From Planctomycetota bacterium (GTDB lineage: Bacteria; Planctomycetota; Phycisphaerae; WQYP01): a DNA stretch of 64,000 nucleotides. The position numbers and the translations under genes are program-made. Below, one piece after another: positions 37,944 through 47,600 of the stretch. The stretch lies in the NCBI GenBank assembly GCA_021790385.1, contig JAJYDW010000002.1:7551-71550 (forward strand), written 5' to 3'. How positions within the stretch are numbered: position 1 is the stretch's first letter; each line of letters starts with the position of its first letter. The notes beneath the pieces were generated by a model. The model did no database searches and was not told the DNA's origin. It saw only the letters and a program-made list of their open reading frames with translations.

Positions 37944-39464
37944 TTACGGATGGTGCTGCGCTGCGGGCAGATGCCGGAAGTTTGGTTCCGGCAGAAGCGT
38001 GGCGGTGGCCACACGTATGACCTTGACGACAGCACCGCCGGTAACTACGCCTTTAATGCCGATGTACTCGCCCAGCAACCGGGATAAATCAATGCGAGAA
38101 CTGGGATCGATATACGCACTGACGCGGCCATTAGCGGGGTTTACCAGGGCATATTTGGTTTTCAGCACGGTGCTGGTTCGCAGCACGCCCTTGGCCACAT
38201 AAGGAGCATGGTCGATGGCTTCGGCAATCTGCTGCTGCGATTCCTGCCACTGTTGCTGGTATGGGGCGATGACCTTGCTTACCGGAGGTGTGCTAGCAGA
38301 GGATTTCACCAGTTCCTGAATGGCGATATCTTTTTTGAGATCATGGATGCGAGCAGCCACACCCTGCTTAATCCAGGCGGGTGCACTGGCCACGGCGGCA
38401 AGCTGCTGATAGCCATGGAGCAACGGTTTAAGCTGTCGCTGAAGCAGCGGTTTTTGGAATTCCAACTGCATGGTTCGGTTCAGGCTGCTGAATTTGGTAA
38501 ATAAGCTAACGTTAGCGGAATTGGGGGTGGTCGCCGTCGGCGGCAGGGGCGATACCGCCACGACTGTGCCGGAATTACCCGAATTGGAGCCAGTTTCCGG
38601 CAGCGGGACCGTCTGACCCGGCGGAAGGGTGTTGGGCTGGGTGGTCACGCTGGAAGAGGTATTGCCGGAAGACGAAGGGAGTACGGCGGAGTTGCCGGTG
38701 GACAACGATGCGGCCAATGTGGCCCCTTTGAAACCTGCGGGCATTTTTAACTTAGGGGCGAGGTATTGAGCATCTGCACCGGCTGAGGTTACGAATTTGG
38801 CCAACACATATACATGGGCACCATGCGGCGGCTGGATGACATAAAAACTTGGTGTGCTGCCGACAATATGAACATGGGTGCCGCGAGACACGACTTTCAC
38901 GACGGCATAATCGGACCGTGGGGCCAGACGACTGGCGGCACGCACAAAAACGTATTTGGCGGAAACCCGGCCTTGGGTGGTGTCTGATCCAACATGGACG
39001 AATTTTTTGGCGATGTAACAAAGCGTGCCGACAGGAGGATCAATGGCGTCCCAGCCGTTGCGGGAGCCGACGACATTTACCATATCTCCGGTGGTCAGTT
39101 GTCCTAAAGCATAATAAGCCAAGCCGGGGCCGCTGCGGATATTGACATTACTGGTGTTAATGGAACCGACGGCACCGCTAAGGGGTATCTTGGCCTTGAC
39201 TTTTTTGGCCGTTTTGGCCGGCTGCGTCTGCGCGGCTTGGCGCGTTGTGGGTGCCGGCGCGGTAGTGCTAAGGGGTGGCAGGCCGGAGACCGCGGGCACA
39301 GGCACGGTAACGCTGGGCACGGTTGCGCCGGGTGCCGCGGGCTTAGAGCCGACGGGCGGTGCTGACGCGGCCAGGCTGACTGAGCCACAGGACAGCACAC
39401 CAGTCAGAACGGTCACTGCCAATAGTTTTTTTTGATGACCAAAAGCAGATAAACTTAATTGCAT
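37944..39464 (-). CDS. Secreted SH3b-domain protein, hypothetical
   Basis: It has a signal peptide (MQLSLSAF...LAASAPP), an AAGGAG ribosome-binding site 6 nt before the ATG, and a bacterial SH3 motif (NVNIRSGPGLAYYALGQLTTGDMVNVVG.RNGWDAI). The remainder is Pro/Ser/Thr-rich. Confidence 0.6.
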   Translation of the reverse strand: MQLSLSAFGHQKKLLAVTVLTGVLSCGSVSLAASAPPVGSKPAAPGATVPSVTVPVPAVSGLPPLSTTAPAPTTRQAAQTQPAKTAKKVKAKIPLSGAVGSINTSNVNIRSGPGLAYYALGQLTTGDMVNVVGSRNGWDAIDPPVGTLCYIAKKFVHVGSDTTQGRVSAKYVFVRAASRLAPRSDYAVVKVVSRGTHVHIVGSTPSFYVIQPPHGAHVYVLAKFVTSAGADAQYLAPKLKMPAGFKGATLAASLSTGNSAVLPSSSGNTSSSVTTQPNTLPPGQTVPLPETGSNSGNSGTVVAVSPLPPTATTPNSANVSLFTKFSSLNRTMQLEFQKPLLQRQLKPLLHGYQQLAAVASAPAWIKQGVAARIHDLKKDIAIQELVKSSASTPPVSKVIAPYQQQWQESQQQIAEAIDHAPYVAKGVLRTSTVLKTKYALVNPANGRVSAYIDPSSRIDLSRLLGEYIGIKGVVTGGAVVKVIRVATATLLPEPNFRHLPAAQHHP

Positions 39465-39767
39465 GAGAAACTCCTTGATCGCCAAGCGGGGCTGCACGGC
39501 ATACAGCCCAAGTTGCACCGGCATTGAAGCTATCATTTGCATAGCCACCCGTCAACAAACGTGGTGCCAGCCAAAAACTTATTATATGCCAAATGCCTGG
39601 ATTTTGCCCATCAGATATCCTGGATCATGCAAAGCAGGTGCAATAATAATGCCCACGGTCCCAGGGCGGGTGCGACGGTATATCCCGATGGCTTGCTCCA
39701 CGCCGCATCGGGATTTCGCCATCCCTGGCTCACGGGAGACTGCTATCAGCGGGCAAGGACGCCTACG

Positions 39768-41540
39768 CTATCGAGGCAACCCCTTGGCAGGCGGACGGCG
39801 GTGAGAGTCCACGAATTTGGCGACATCCCAGGCTTGTTGATCGGTCAGGCTGCCAGGTTTGTTGTAGGGCATATTTGCTTTGATGAAAGCGGCGGCCATT
39901 TTGACTTTAGCCATTCCCGCACCCATGTTGTAAGAATGGGGCCCCCACAGCGGAGGATAGACGTAGCGCCCATTGGTCAGCAATCCCTGACCGTGGCTTT
40001 GATGGCAAACGACGCAATTTTGGGTGAACGTGACGCGGCCACGGCTGGTACTGGGCGGCAGGGCAGCGGGCGTGAGAAATTTGTAGCCGCGGCCCGGCAG
40101 GTTGGTGCCTACTGTGGCACCCGTAGCGAGCCAGGCTGCATAGCTGGTCAGGGCGGTGATGACCTTGCCGTCGGCGGGTGGAGACTTGCCGTTCATGCTG
40201 GCGAGAAAACATTCCTGCAGCCGCTTTTGAAAGGTTACCACGCCGCGAGCCTTGGCCTGATATCGCGGGTAGATTACATACGCCGCCCACAGCGGAGCTG
40301 AATAGGCCAGCCGGCCGCTCTGGAGGTGGCAATTCATGCAGCTTAATCCATTACCAACGTACTTTGGGGCGTACGTGCGAGTGTGATCAAATATATTACG
40401 GCCCAGGATTATCATCTTGCCGAATCGCCCGTGCGGCATTTGTGATTCCGGTGGCGGGCTGAATATGGCAGACAGTTCATGCTTCAGTGCCGAAACCTTC
40501 GGTGTTGCCGGATCAAGCGATTGGGCGGTAACTTTCAACGGCCGAAAGCCGTACCGATCAAAGATGGCCTGGGCGGTGGGCGACCGGAGGAACTGGAGCC
40601 ATTCCATGGCCGCTTTGGGATGTTGAGCGTTTCGGACCACCGCACCGGCGTAAATGGCGGTCGTGTTGTATCTGGAGGGAATTGGTACGTAGGAAATGGG
40701 GTGGCCGATTTGCTTTTGAAAGATCGCCTCTGATTTCCATGTGACACCCGCCACCACCAGCCCCTGCATTAAAAACAGGGGTGTCTGGCGGTGGTGAATG
40801 TGCGTAAGAATGGTCTGGCCGTCGGCAACCTTGCTCTGATAAACCCTCTTTTCCAGGGCCGGTCCGCCGGCTTTTTTCAGTGAAAGTTGAATCTGCCGGG
40901 CTACGCCTTCCCATGCGGGATTGGGCATGGCCAACCGCACGCCGGGCTTGCCCAGATCAGAAAGCGTGCGGATATGCCCCGGGTTGCCGCGCGGTACCAT
41001 AATGGCCAGATCGTTAGTGGTATAGCTGATCACCGGGCCGCGCAAAATACCAGCGTGAATTAACGCCTGGATTTTGAGCTTTCCGGCGGCATACACATCG
41101 GGTCGGGCAGTCCAGGTCATATTGCCGACGGTAATGGTACCACCGGCCTTTATTTGCCGGAGCAGAATGCCGGGCGGCAACGTTTCAGCGTAAACTTTTC
41201 CTTTCAGCCGTGGATGAAGTTTCTCAAACGCCACAACCAGCGGAGCTACGGCAAAATAATAGTTGCCGCCGATATATAAAACGAGCCGGGCGTTGAAGGG
41301 ATCTCCATGGAAATCGGCCAGATCATCTACTTCCGGAACGGTAAACCGCAAACCCTGGTGAACGGCGGAATTATTCTTTCCGCCGCCCCACGGCGGAAAG
41401 ATCCGTTCCTGATAGACCGGCGGCTGGGCATGGCCATGCCAACCTGAGGTAGCAGCCTGTGTGTTTGATAACGTCAGCAGACCTGCCGCCAAAATCGCGG
41501 CCAGTACCATGATAAATCCGATGAATCGCACGGATGACAT
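39768..41540 (-). CDS. Fusion protein: N-terminal ModA-like periplasmic oxyanion-binding domain + C-terminal TsdA-like diheme cytochrome c
   Basis: The start has an AAGGAG ribosome-binding site 6 nt upstream of the ATG at 41540, followed by a signal anchor. The N-terminal half (LVLYIGGNYYFAVAPLVVAFEKLHPRLKGKVYAETLPPGILLRQIKAGG...) has a ModA/WtpA-type PBP fold. The C-terminal half has two CxxCH motifs (CMNCH, CVVCH), a conserved Cys about 38 residues after heme 1 (RLQECFLASMNG) and PPLWGPHSYNMGAGM, all matching thiosulfate dehydrogenase TsdA. Confidence 0.7.
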   Translation of the reverse strand: MSSVRFIGFIMVLAAILAAGLLTLSNTQAATSGWHGHAQPPVYQERIFPPWGGGKNNSAVHQGLRFTVPEVDDLADFHGDPFNARLVLYIGGNYYFAVAPLVVAFEKLHPRLKGKVYAETLPPGILLRQIKAGGTITVGNMTWTARPDVYAAGKLKIQALIHAGILRGPVISYTTNDLAIMVPRGNPGHIRTLSDLGKPGVRLAMPNPAWEGVARQIQLSLKKAGGPALEKRVYQSKVADGQTILTHIHHRQTPLFLMQGLVVAGVTWKSEAIFQKQIGHPISYVPIPSRYNTTAIYAGAVVRNAQHPKAAMEWLQFLRSPTAQAIFDRYGFRPLKVTAQSLDPATPKVSALKHELSAIFSPPPESQMPHGRFGKMIILGRNIFDHTRTYAPKYVGNGLSCMNCHLQSGRLAYSAPLWAAYVIYPRYQAKARGVVTFQKRLQECFLASMNGKSPPADGKVITALTSYAAWLATGATVGTNLPGRGYKFLTPAALPPSTSRGRVTFTQNCVVCHQSHGQGLLTNGRYVYPPLWGPHSYNMGAGMAKVKMAAAFIKANMPYNKPGSLTDQQAWDVAKFVDSHRRPPAKGLPR

Positions 41541-41550
41541 ATCCAACTCC

Positions 41551-42375
41551 TTACTTGATGTACTCATAGCCTGCGAGTTGCAATTCCGGAATCGTCGCGA
41601 CAATACCCGGAGTAAGCACAACTCCCGGAATCAGGTGGTTGGTAAGGTCTGCAGCGAGAGCCTCATGGGTAAGGTGGTCGGGATTATGGCCCTTGGCCAT
41701 GAGAGCATGAGAAAATTCCCAGATGGCATTGTGGCAGGCTAAAAACACGGTTCCGCGTTCCATCAGCAGTGGTATGCAATTGGCACTTGGGGAAAATAAT
41801 CCAAGCGGATTGTTAAAATCTGCGGGAGATTTGCCTTTTGCGCCGGCGGGGATATCGAGAAACACGTTGCGTTTGAATTTCTTGCCGATCATGGCCGGCA
41901 GATTGTACTTTTCCCAGATGTGCTGCTGGAACAGGGCCAGGTGACAGGTGCCATGATTAGCGGACACCGCCAGAAAATTTGGATGCTTAAAGGACCATAC
42001 TTGAGCGTTGGTGGCGTTACGCATGAGATTGAGCCAGGGACTGCCAATATCGGTGTTATCCCACACCTGCCTGGGGCCTCCGTGATAGGTGAGCAGCAGG
42101 TTCAGGGCTTCGTAGTCCCACTGTTGCGGTTCGGTAAGAATCATGGGAACGGTTTTGAAATTTCTGTGCCGTGGTGCCTGGGCCAGGGCGACCGAGAGAT
42201 CCTTGAGGTTTTTGGCACCACGCGGTTCGAGCGGAGCGGCCATTGGAGCCGCTGAGGCGGCGGCACCGGGCAAAGCCAGAAGCGCCGCTCCGGCAATTCC
42301 GCCTTTGGCCAGCCATGCCAGCATTTTTCGTCGGGGCATTGGGGTTTCCAACAGAGTAACGGGATGGTCTTTCAT
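41551..42375 (-). CDS. Hypothetical Tat-secreted protein with conserved Cys/His (co-transcribed with PBP-TsdA fusion)
   Basis: 274 aa. An AAGGAG sits 6 nt before the ATG. It has a twin-arginine-like signal (MPRRKMLAWLAKGGIAGAALLALPGAAAS) and Cys in HGTCHLALF and FLACHNAIWE. It ends 10 nt before the downstream gene. Confidence 0.5.
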   Translation of the reverse strand: MKDHPVTLLETPMPRRKMLAWLAKGGIAGAALLALPGAAASAAPMAAPLEPRGAKNLKDLSVALAQAPRHRNFKTVPMILTEPQQWDYEALNLLLTYHGGPRQVWDNTDIGSPWLNLMRNATNAQVWSFKHPNFLAVSANHGTCHLALFQQHIWEKYNLPAMIGKKFKRNVFLDIPAGAKGKSPADFNNPLGLFSPSANCIPLLMERGTVFLACHNAIWEFSHALMAKGHNPDHLTHEALAADLTNHLIPGVVLTPGIVATIPELQLAGYEYIK

Positions 42376-42647
42376 GGGGAACTCCTTAAAAAAAGAAACA
42401 ACATCTCGCTGCATGTCGTGCAACTTTGAGCACAAGCCAATCGGCTTATTCGCAACATCAATCCGCCCTCCATCCACCATCGGTCACAGTCAGACGACCG
42501 TTGGTAGATGACACACAATTGTACGCTACTGGTAGTACATAATGGAAATACATATTTTTTATATGAAGGATATATTTTTGTTATGTATCAACCCGGTGGG
42601 CCGGTGTATTGCACCTGGTGAAAGCCGGTATTGAAGGGCTGTAAACT

Positions 42648-44582
42648 TTACGCGTGACTGTCCGCTTTGGCTTGCAAATCGGCAATAGCATGCATGATGC
42701 GGACGGTACACTGTTCCAGAGCAGACTGGTCAGGCTGGCGGGAGGAAATGTCGGTAAATCGCAGAGGCGCTCCATAATACAGCCGGACTTTGCCGGGCCG
42801 CAGGAAATCCCATAATCTGCGGCGATGCCTGTGCGATGAATGTACGTATACGGGTACCACCGGTGCCCCACTCATCAGGGCCAATGCCGCAATTGCCGGA
42901 TGGGGCAGCTGCAGCAGGCCGGATTCAGCAATGAAGCCATCGGGAAAGATTCCCACCACGTTGCCGCTGCGCAAGGCTCGCAAGGCGGACCGAAAGCCTG
43001 CTGCAGAGGTCGATCCTCGATTGACTGGTATGGCGTGGCTGCAACGCAGCAGCGAGCCTAAGAAAACGTTCTGATAGGATTTTTGGGCAAAGATAAGGCG
43101 GATAAACCTCCGCGGACTGCTGATCAATAAAGCCACAGGATCGAGCCTGCTGCGTTGATTAGCGGCAACAATCACCGGGCCGTGGGCGGGAATGCGGCAT
43201 GGGCCGATTTGCCGGTACCCATGCCATACCACCATATAGGCCCGCAAAATCCGCAAAGCAATGGCCTGGCCCGGCGGCAGAGCCTTGCCGCGGTAATAAA
43301 TAATCACCAGCCCTATGCCCAGCAACAGCGAAACGGATCCCATGGCGTAGATCAGTTTTACCACCAGCACATTGATGCTGGGGAGCAGCGCCATGGGAAC
43401 GGTCATGGCAATAAGCCCGGCGGTGGTTACCAGATCCCGCACGCCCATCACCCGGCCGCGCATAAAATCTGGCACAATGCGTTGCAGCAGGGTGTCGACA
43501 CTGATAAACATGATGGATCCAAAACATGCCGCCACCATCAGCCACAGCACCATGACCGGCCAGCTTTGGGCATGAGCGGCCAACAGCAGGCCGATGCCCA
43601 GCAGCACCACCGACCATCCAATACCGATTTCCTTGGGAATATTCTGTTTGGCGCGGCTAAGGGCTAAGGCCCCGGCAATCATTCCCAGGCCGGTCAGGGC
43701 CATGGTGAAATACAAATACCGCGAATCCAGGTGAAAACGTCTGTGTACCAGACTGGGCAGACTGTTGAGAATAGCCGTGCTGATGGCGAAAAAGCCCAGT
43801 TCCAAAGCTATAACCTGAAGCGGTCGCGAGTGGCGCTGCAGATAGCCCACGCCCTGTTGCAAGCTCGCCCGAATGGTGGGGCCGCGTGTGGCCGGAGCCG
43901 GTTGATCCACCCCGGGCGGGAGCCGCATAGTTATCACACAGACCGCGGAGATACAGTAAGTAACCGCGTCTACATACATGGCGTAGGATAGATTGCGGGT
44001 AACCAGCCACCCCCCCACCAGAAAGCCGATCAAGGTTACAATCGTGCCTGCGGGGTTGATCCAGGCGTTGGCCTGCAGCAATTGCCGGGGATGAACCAGG
44101 TTGGGCAAAATCGCCGCGCGTGCCGGCGAAAACATTTCCCCGAAGATGGACAGCACCACTTCAGAGCCAAACAGCAGCCAGAGCAATTGCGGTACGGACA
44201 TCCAGCGTTCCATGGCTCCGGCCAGCAGCACGGTTCGCGCGATAACCACCAGCACCGCGCGGGCCAGATCACAGGAAATCATGATGCGGCGCCGGGGGAT
44301 GCGATCGGCGACAATGCCGGCCAGGGGGGCCAGGAGAAAAAACGGCAGAAACATGGCCAGATTGAGCTGGGCAAAATGCTGTGAATCCACCGCCTGCTGC
44401 CGCAGAATCACGATGCACAGCAACTGCAGCATCACCAGAAAGTGCACCCGGTCTCCCAGTACGGAAACCACATAGGAACCAAACAGCAGCAAATAATTAC
44501 GATTGCGGGCCAGCGGCGGGAAGTGTTCCAGAAGAGGTGTCTGAGCCTTGCCAGAGTTGATTGTGCCCCGGCCTTGCGCCAT
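42648..44582 (-). CDS. MFS transporter (LplT-like) fused to C-terminal PlsC-type acyltransferase domain with His->Gln in HX4D
   Basis: 644 aa. The N-terminal portion (roughly 400 aa) has about 12 TM segments and MFS motifs (VADRIPRRR). The C-terminal PlsC domain carries block I VAANQRSRLDP (aligning with VANHQSYID, so the His is replaced by Gln) and block III IFPDGF. Confidence 0.7.
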   Translation of the reverse strand: MAQGRGTINSGKAQTPLLEHFPPLARNRNYLLLFGSYVVSVLGDRVHFLVMLQLLCIVILRQQAVDSQHFAQLNLAMFLPFFLLAPLAGIVADRIPRRRIMISCDLARAVLVVIARTVLLAGAMERWMSVPQLLWLLFGSEVVLSIFGEMFSPARAAILPNLVHPRQLLQANAWINPAGTIVTLIGFLVGGWLVTRNLSYAMYVDAVTYCISAVCVITMRLPPGVDQPAPATRGPTIRASLQQGVGYLQRHSRPLQVIALELGFFAISTAILNSLPSLVHRRFHLDSRYLYFTMALTGLGMIAGALALSRAKQNIPKEIGIGWSVVLLGIGLLLAAHAQSWPVMVLWLMVAACFGSIMFISVDTLLQRIVPDFMRGRVMGVRDLVTTAGLIAMTVPMALLPSINVLVVKLIYAMGSVSLLLGIGLVIIYYRGKALPPGQAIALRILRAYMVVWHGYRQIGPCRIPAHGPVIVAANQRSRLDPVALLISSPRRFIRLIFAQKSYQNVFLGSLLRCSHAIPVNRGSTSAAGFRSALRALRSGNVVGIFPDGFIAESGLLQLPHPAIAALALMSGAPVVPVYVHSSHRHRRRLWDFLRPGKVRLYYGAPLRFTDISSRQPDQSALEQCTVRIMHAIADLQAKADSHA

Positions 44583-44657
44583 CCATGGACTCCAATGGGA
44601 AAGATCAGATCAATGCACGTCATACCCCGGCAAACAGGTCGGGAATTTCCGCGGTGA

Positions 44658-47600
44658 TCACGGGTCTCCGCGGAAACCGGCGATGACTTGGTTGGTGAGG
44701 CTGACCGTACGGGCCGGCGTGCGGGATCGGGTGTCAGACTTGCCGGCGGCAATGGCGCGCTGCAATTCGCGCACCCGATTCTGGGAAAGTTCCATTTTCG
44801 GATAGCGCACCTCGCGAAAACCGGTTACCGATTCCGGTGAGCGGAGAATATCCAGCCAGAGGTTGTACAGCCATGGTTCGTGAAGTTCGCAGGTATCCAC
44901 CAGGCGGGTGTACCAATCGCGGTAGCCCTTTTCACGGGCATGCCAGGATGGCAACAAAGCCCGCATCCAGCGGCAATGCCGGAGAATACGCATTTGCCAG
45001 TCCCGCCCCTTGATATGAAAGCGGATTTTGACGCCGCCAATTTCAAACTCAGGTTGATTGAGATGCAGGTATTTAATTTTATCGCCATTGGCGGGGTTGA
45101 CATTGTAGCGGCGGCGATCGCGCCGGTATTTTTCCGGGCTGGTATAGAGCATAGCTACGTATACTTCATCCTTAATCATCATCACCCTGGCGAGATTCCA
45201 GATCACGGCGCGGGTAACGGCGAAATTTCGCTCGGCATGGTCCTGCTGGTAGGTTTTCACGATCCGGGAGGCATAGCTGCGGCCGTAGGGCAACGTGCCC
45301 CATTGAATGGCATCGAAAAGGCGAATGACATAGTCGCGGCGGGCGGCGTCATCCAGTTGGGGCATCTGATCCAGGGTGGTGCGGCACAGGCGGCGATAAA
45401 GTGTAGCATTGCGGCGGCCCCAGAGCGAACTTACGGTGAGGATATTGGCCTTGCGCTCGATGGCCTGATCGACCGTTTCCACCTGGCGCGGTGCCGCGAC
45501 GCCGAAAAGATCGGGCCGCAGCACAATTTTCCGGCCGATATTGAAAGCCCGGTAATTGCGTTCAAATTCTCTGCGTACCGCGTGGCGAATGGCCCAGGTG
45601 ATGCTTTTGTAGGATACGGGAATAAAGCCCAACTGGTAGGCCACTCCCAGCATCATGATGTTGGCGTAGAGCTTGGAATCGAGCAGGCGTTCGCACAGAT
45701 CGCCGACATTAAAACTGAAGAACCGCCCCGGTTTGCACTGCTTAAGGATGATTTGCGCGAGGTCTTCGGGGGAAAAATCATCACGGCCCAGCAGGGTCAG
45801 AATTGTGGGTGTTTTGCCCGTGTTCACCACAGCGTGGGTATATTTGGGCGAGGCCACGCGAAGATAATCCACAGGCGATATGGCGCGGGCAGCTTCGACG
45901 GCATCGACACCAATGAGCAAGTCCGCCTTGCCAAACGGAGTGATGGCTGAGCCATGAACCGGCTGACGGGAAAAGAGCAGTTGGCTGAACACCCCGCCGT
46001 TGCGGATCGCCAGACCTTTCTTATCCACAAACGCAATCTGGTAACCTTCCTTATGGCCGGCGCGAACCAGAATTTCACCGGCAACACCAATACCCATGCC
46101 ACCCACTCCAGCGAGATAACAACGCCATTGATCGCGCATTTTCATGGCGGGCGGCTCGGGCATGCCGGTTAAGTCCACCACTTCATCGGACATGCGCGGC
46201 GGTCGTTTGCGGGTAACAATGACCTGTTCAAAACTCGGACAGGCATGAATGCGCGAACAGGCCTGGTCGTTCACACAGGTGGTAAAGTCGGTCTGTATTT
46301 TTGGGCCGTAGTCGGTGTCCGTTATTTTTAAGGCAGGACAGCCGGTCTGGTTGGTGCATTCCAGGCAATATTCGCACACTTCATCGGTAACATTCATGTA
46401 GGATTTTTGGCGTACAAAGCCGTGGTCCTTTTTTTCCGCCACTTCCGCCCGGTGTTTCCGGCGGTTGAAGGTGATGCCGCATTCTTTATCGGCGATAACC
46501 ACTTTGACGCCGTCTTCCAGGATCACCCGCTCCAGCGTGTCGCGGTATTCTTCGCGGTTGGCCGGGTTCATGCGTATAACCCGGCCCTGCGGCACGATAC
46601 GGCCATCCTTGCGTTTCATGCCCAGGGGGCCGGCGGCATCGGGAATGATGGCCCGGACAATGCGCTCAATATCGTGGGAAAGCACCGTTTGGCCCACAAT
46701 GTCCTGCGCCATGGTGGGATTGGGTTGATGGCCGGTCATGGCGGTGGTTTTGTTTTCCAGGATGATGTACGTGATATCCTGGCCCTGGTTGATGGAATTG
46801 GCAATGGCCAACTGGCCGGAATGGAAAAACGTGCCATCGCCCATGAATACCAGTTGTTTGTTGCTGATGAATGGATCGACGCCGCCGCCGGTGGCTCCGC
46901 CCAAGCCCATGCCGCTGTAGTTATGCATGAGTGGCTTGTTGGGTTCAAACATCATCATGGTATAGCAGCCGGTATCGCCATGTGCGACCAGATCCATCGG
47001 ACCGCGGCCATATTGATCCTGCATGTACCTGGGGTCCAGCAGGCGTCTGCGAATTTCCAATAACGCGCTGGATGAATCGCGATGCGGGCAACCGGGGCAA
47101 TACGCCGGTGTGCGCACGGGCACGGTCATTTGGACCTGGCTGGCCAGGGCAATGGTTTCCAATTCTTCCGTCAGCCGCCCATTGGATAGCTCGTGGGGAA
47201 TATTAGGTGTATCGCGTAGGAATTTCGTCAGCAGTTCGATGAGAATAGAGGGATGGAGTCCACGGGTGGAAGGAATGCCCGGGGTTTTACCGGGAAAATT
47301 TTTACCCCATAGCTCCACGCGTGCACTGGCATGTTCCGGATCGGCCTGGCGGCGTTGGGTGAGATATTCCGTTACCTGTTTTTCAATAAAACTGCGCCGT
47401 TCTTCCACCACGATAATGCGTTCGCACATGGCCGCAAGTTCGTCGACCAGCGTTGTATCTACCGGATAACTGATGGCCAGTTTGAGCAGGGGGAACTGGC
47501 CTAAAAGCCCCATTTCACTCAAGGCATGAGCCAGCATGGTATGGGACATTCCGGAGGCAATAAAGCCCACCGGGCAGCGTTGCGAACGCCCGCCGCGCCA

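Noticed and set aside
44880-45950. 356-aa + strand ORF, plus several other 60-240-aa ORFs between 44600 and 48300
   Set aside because: They are antisense to or overlap the 1239-aa Ior gene, whose translation carries clear conserved motifs. The same logic applies to the other long antisense ORFs: 20793..21428, 29263..30078, 31040..31597 and 16482..17808.
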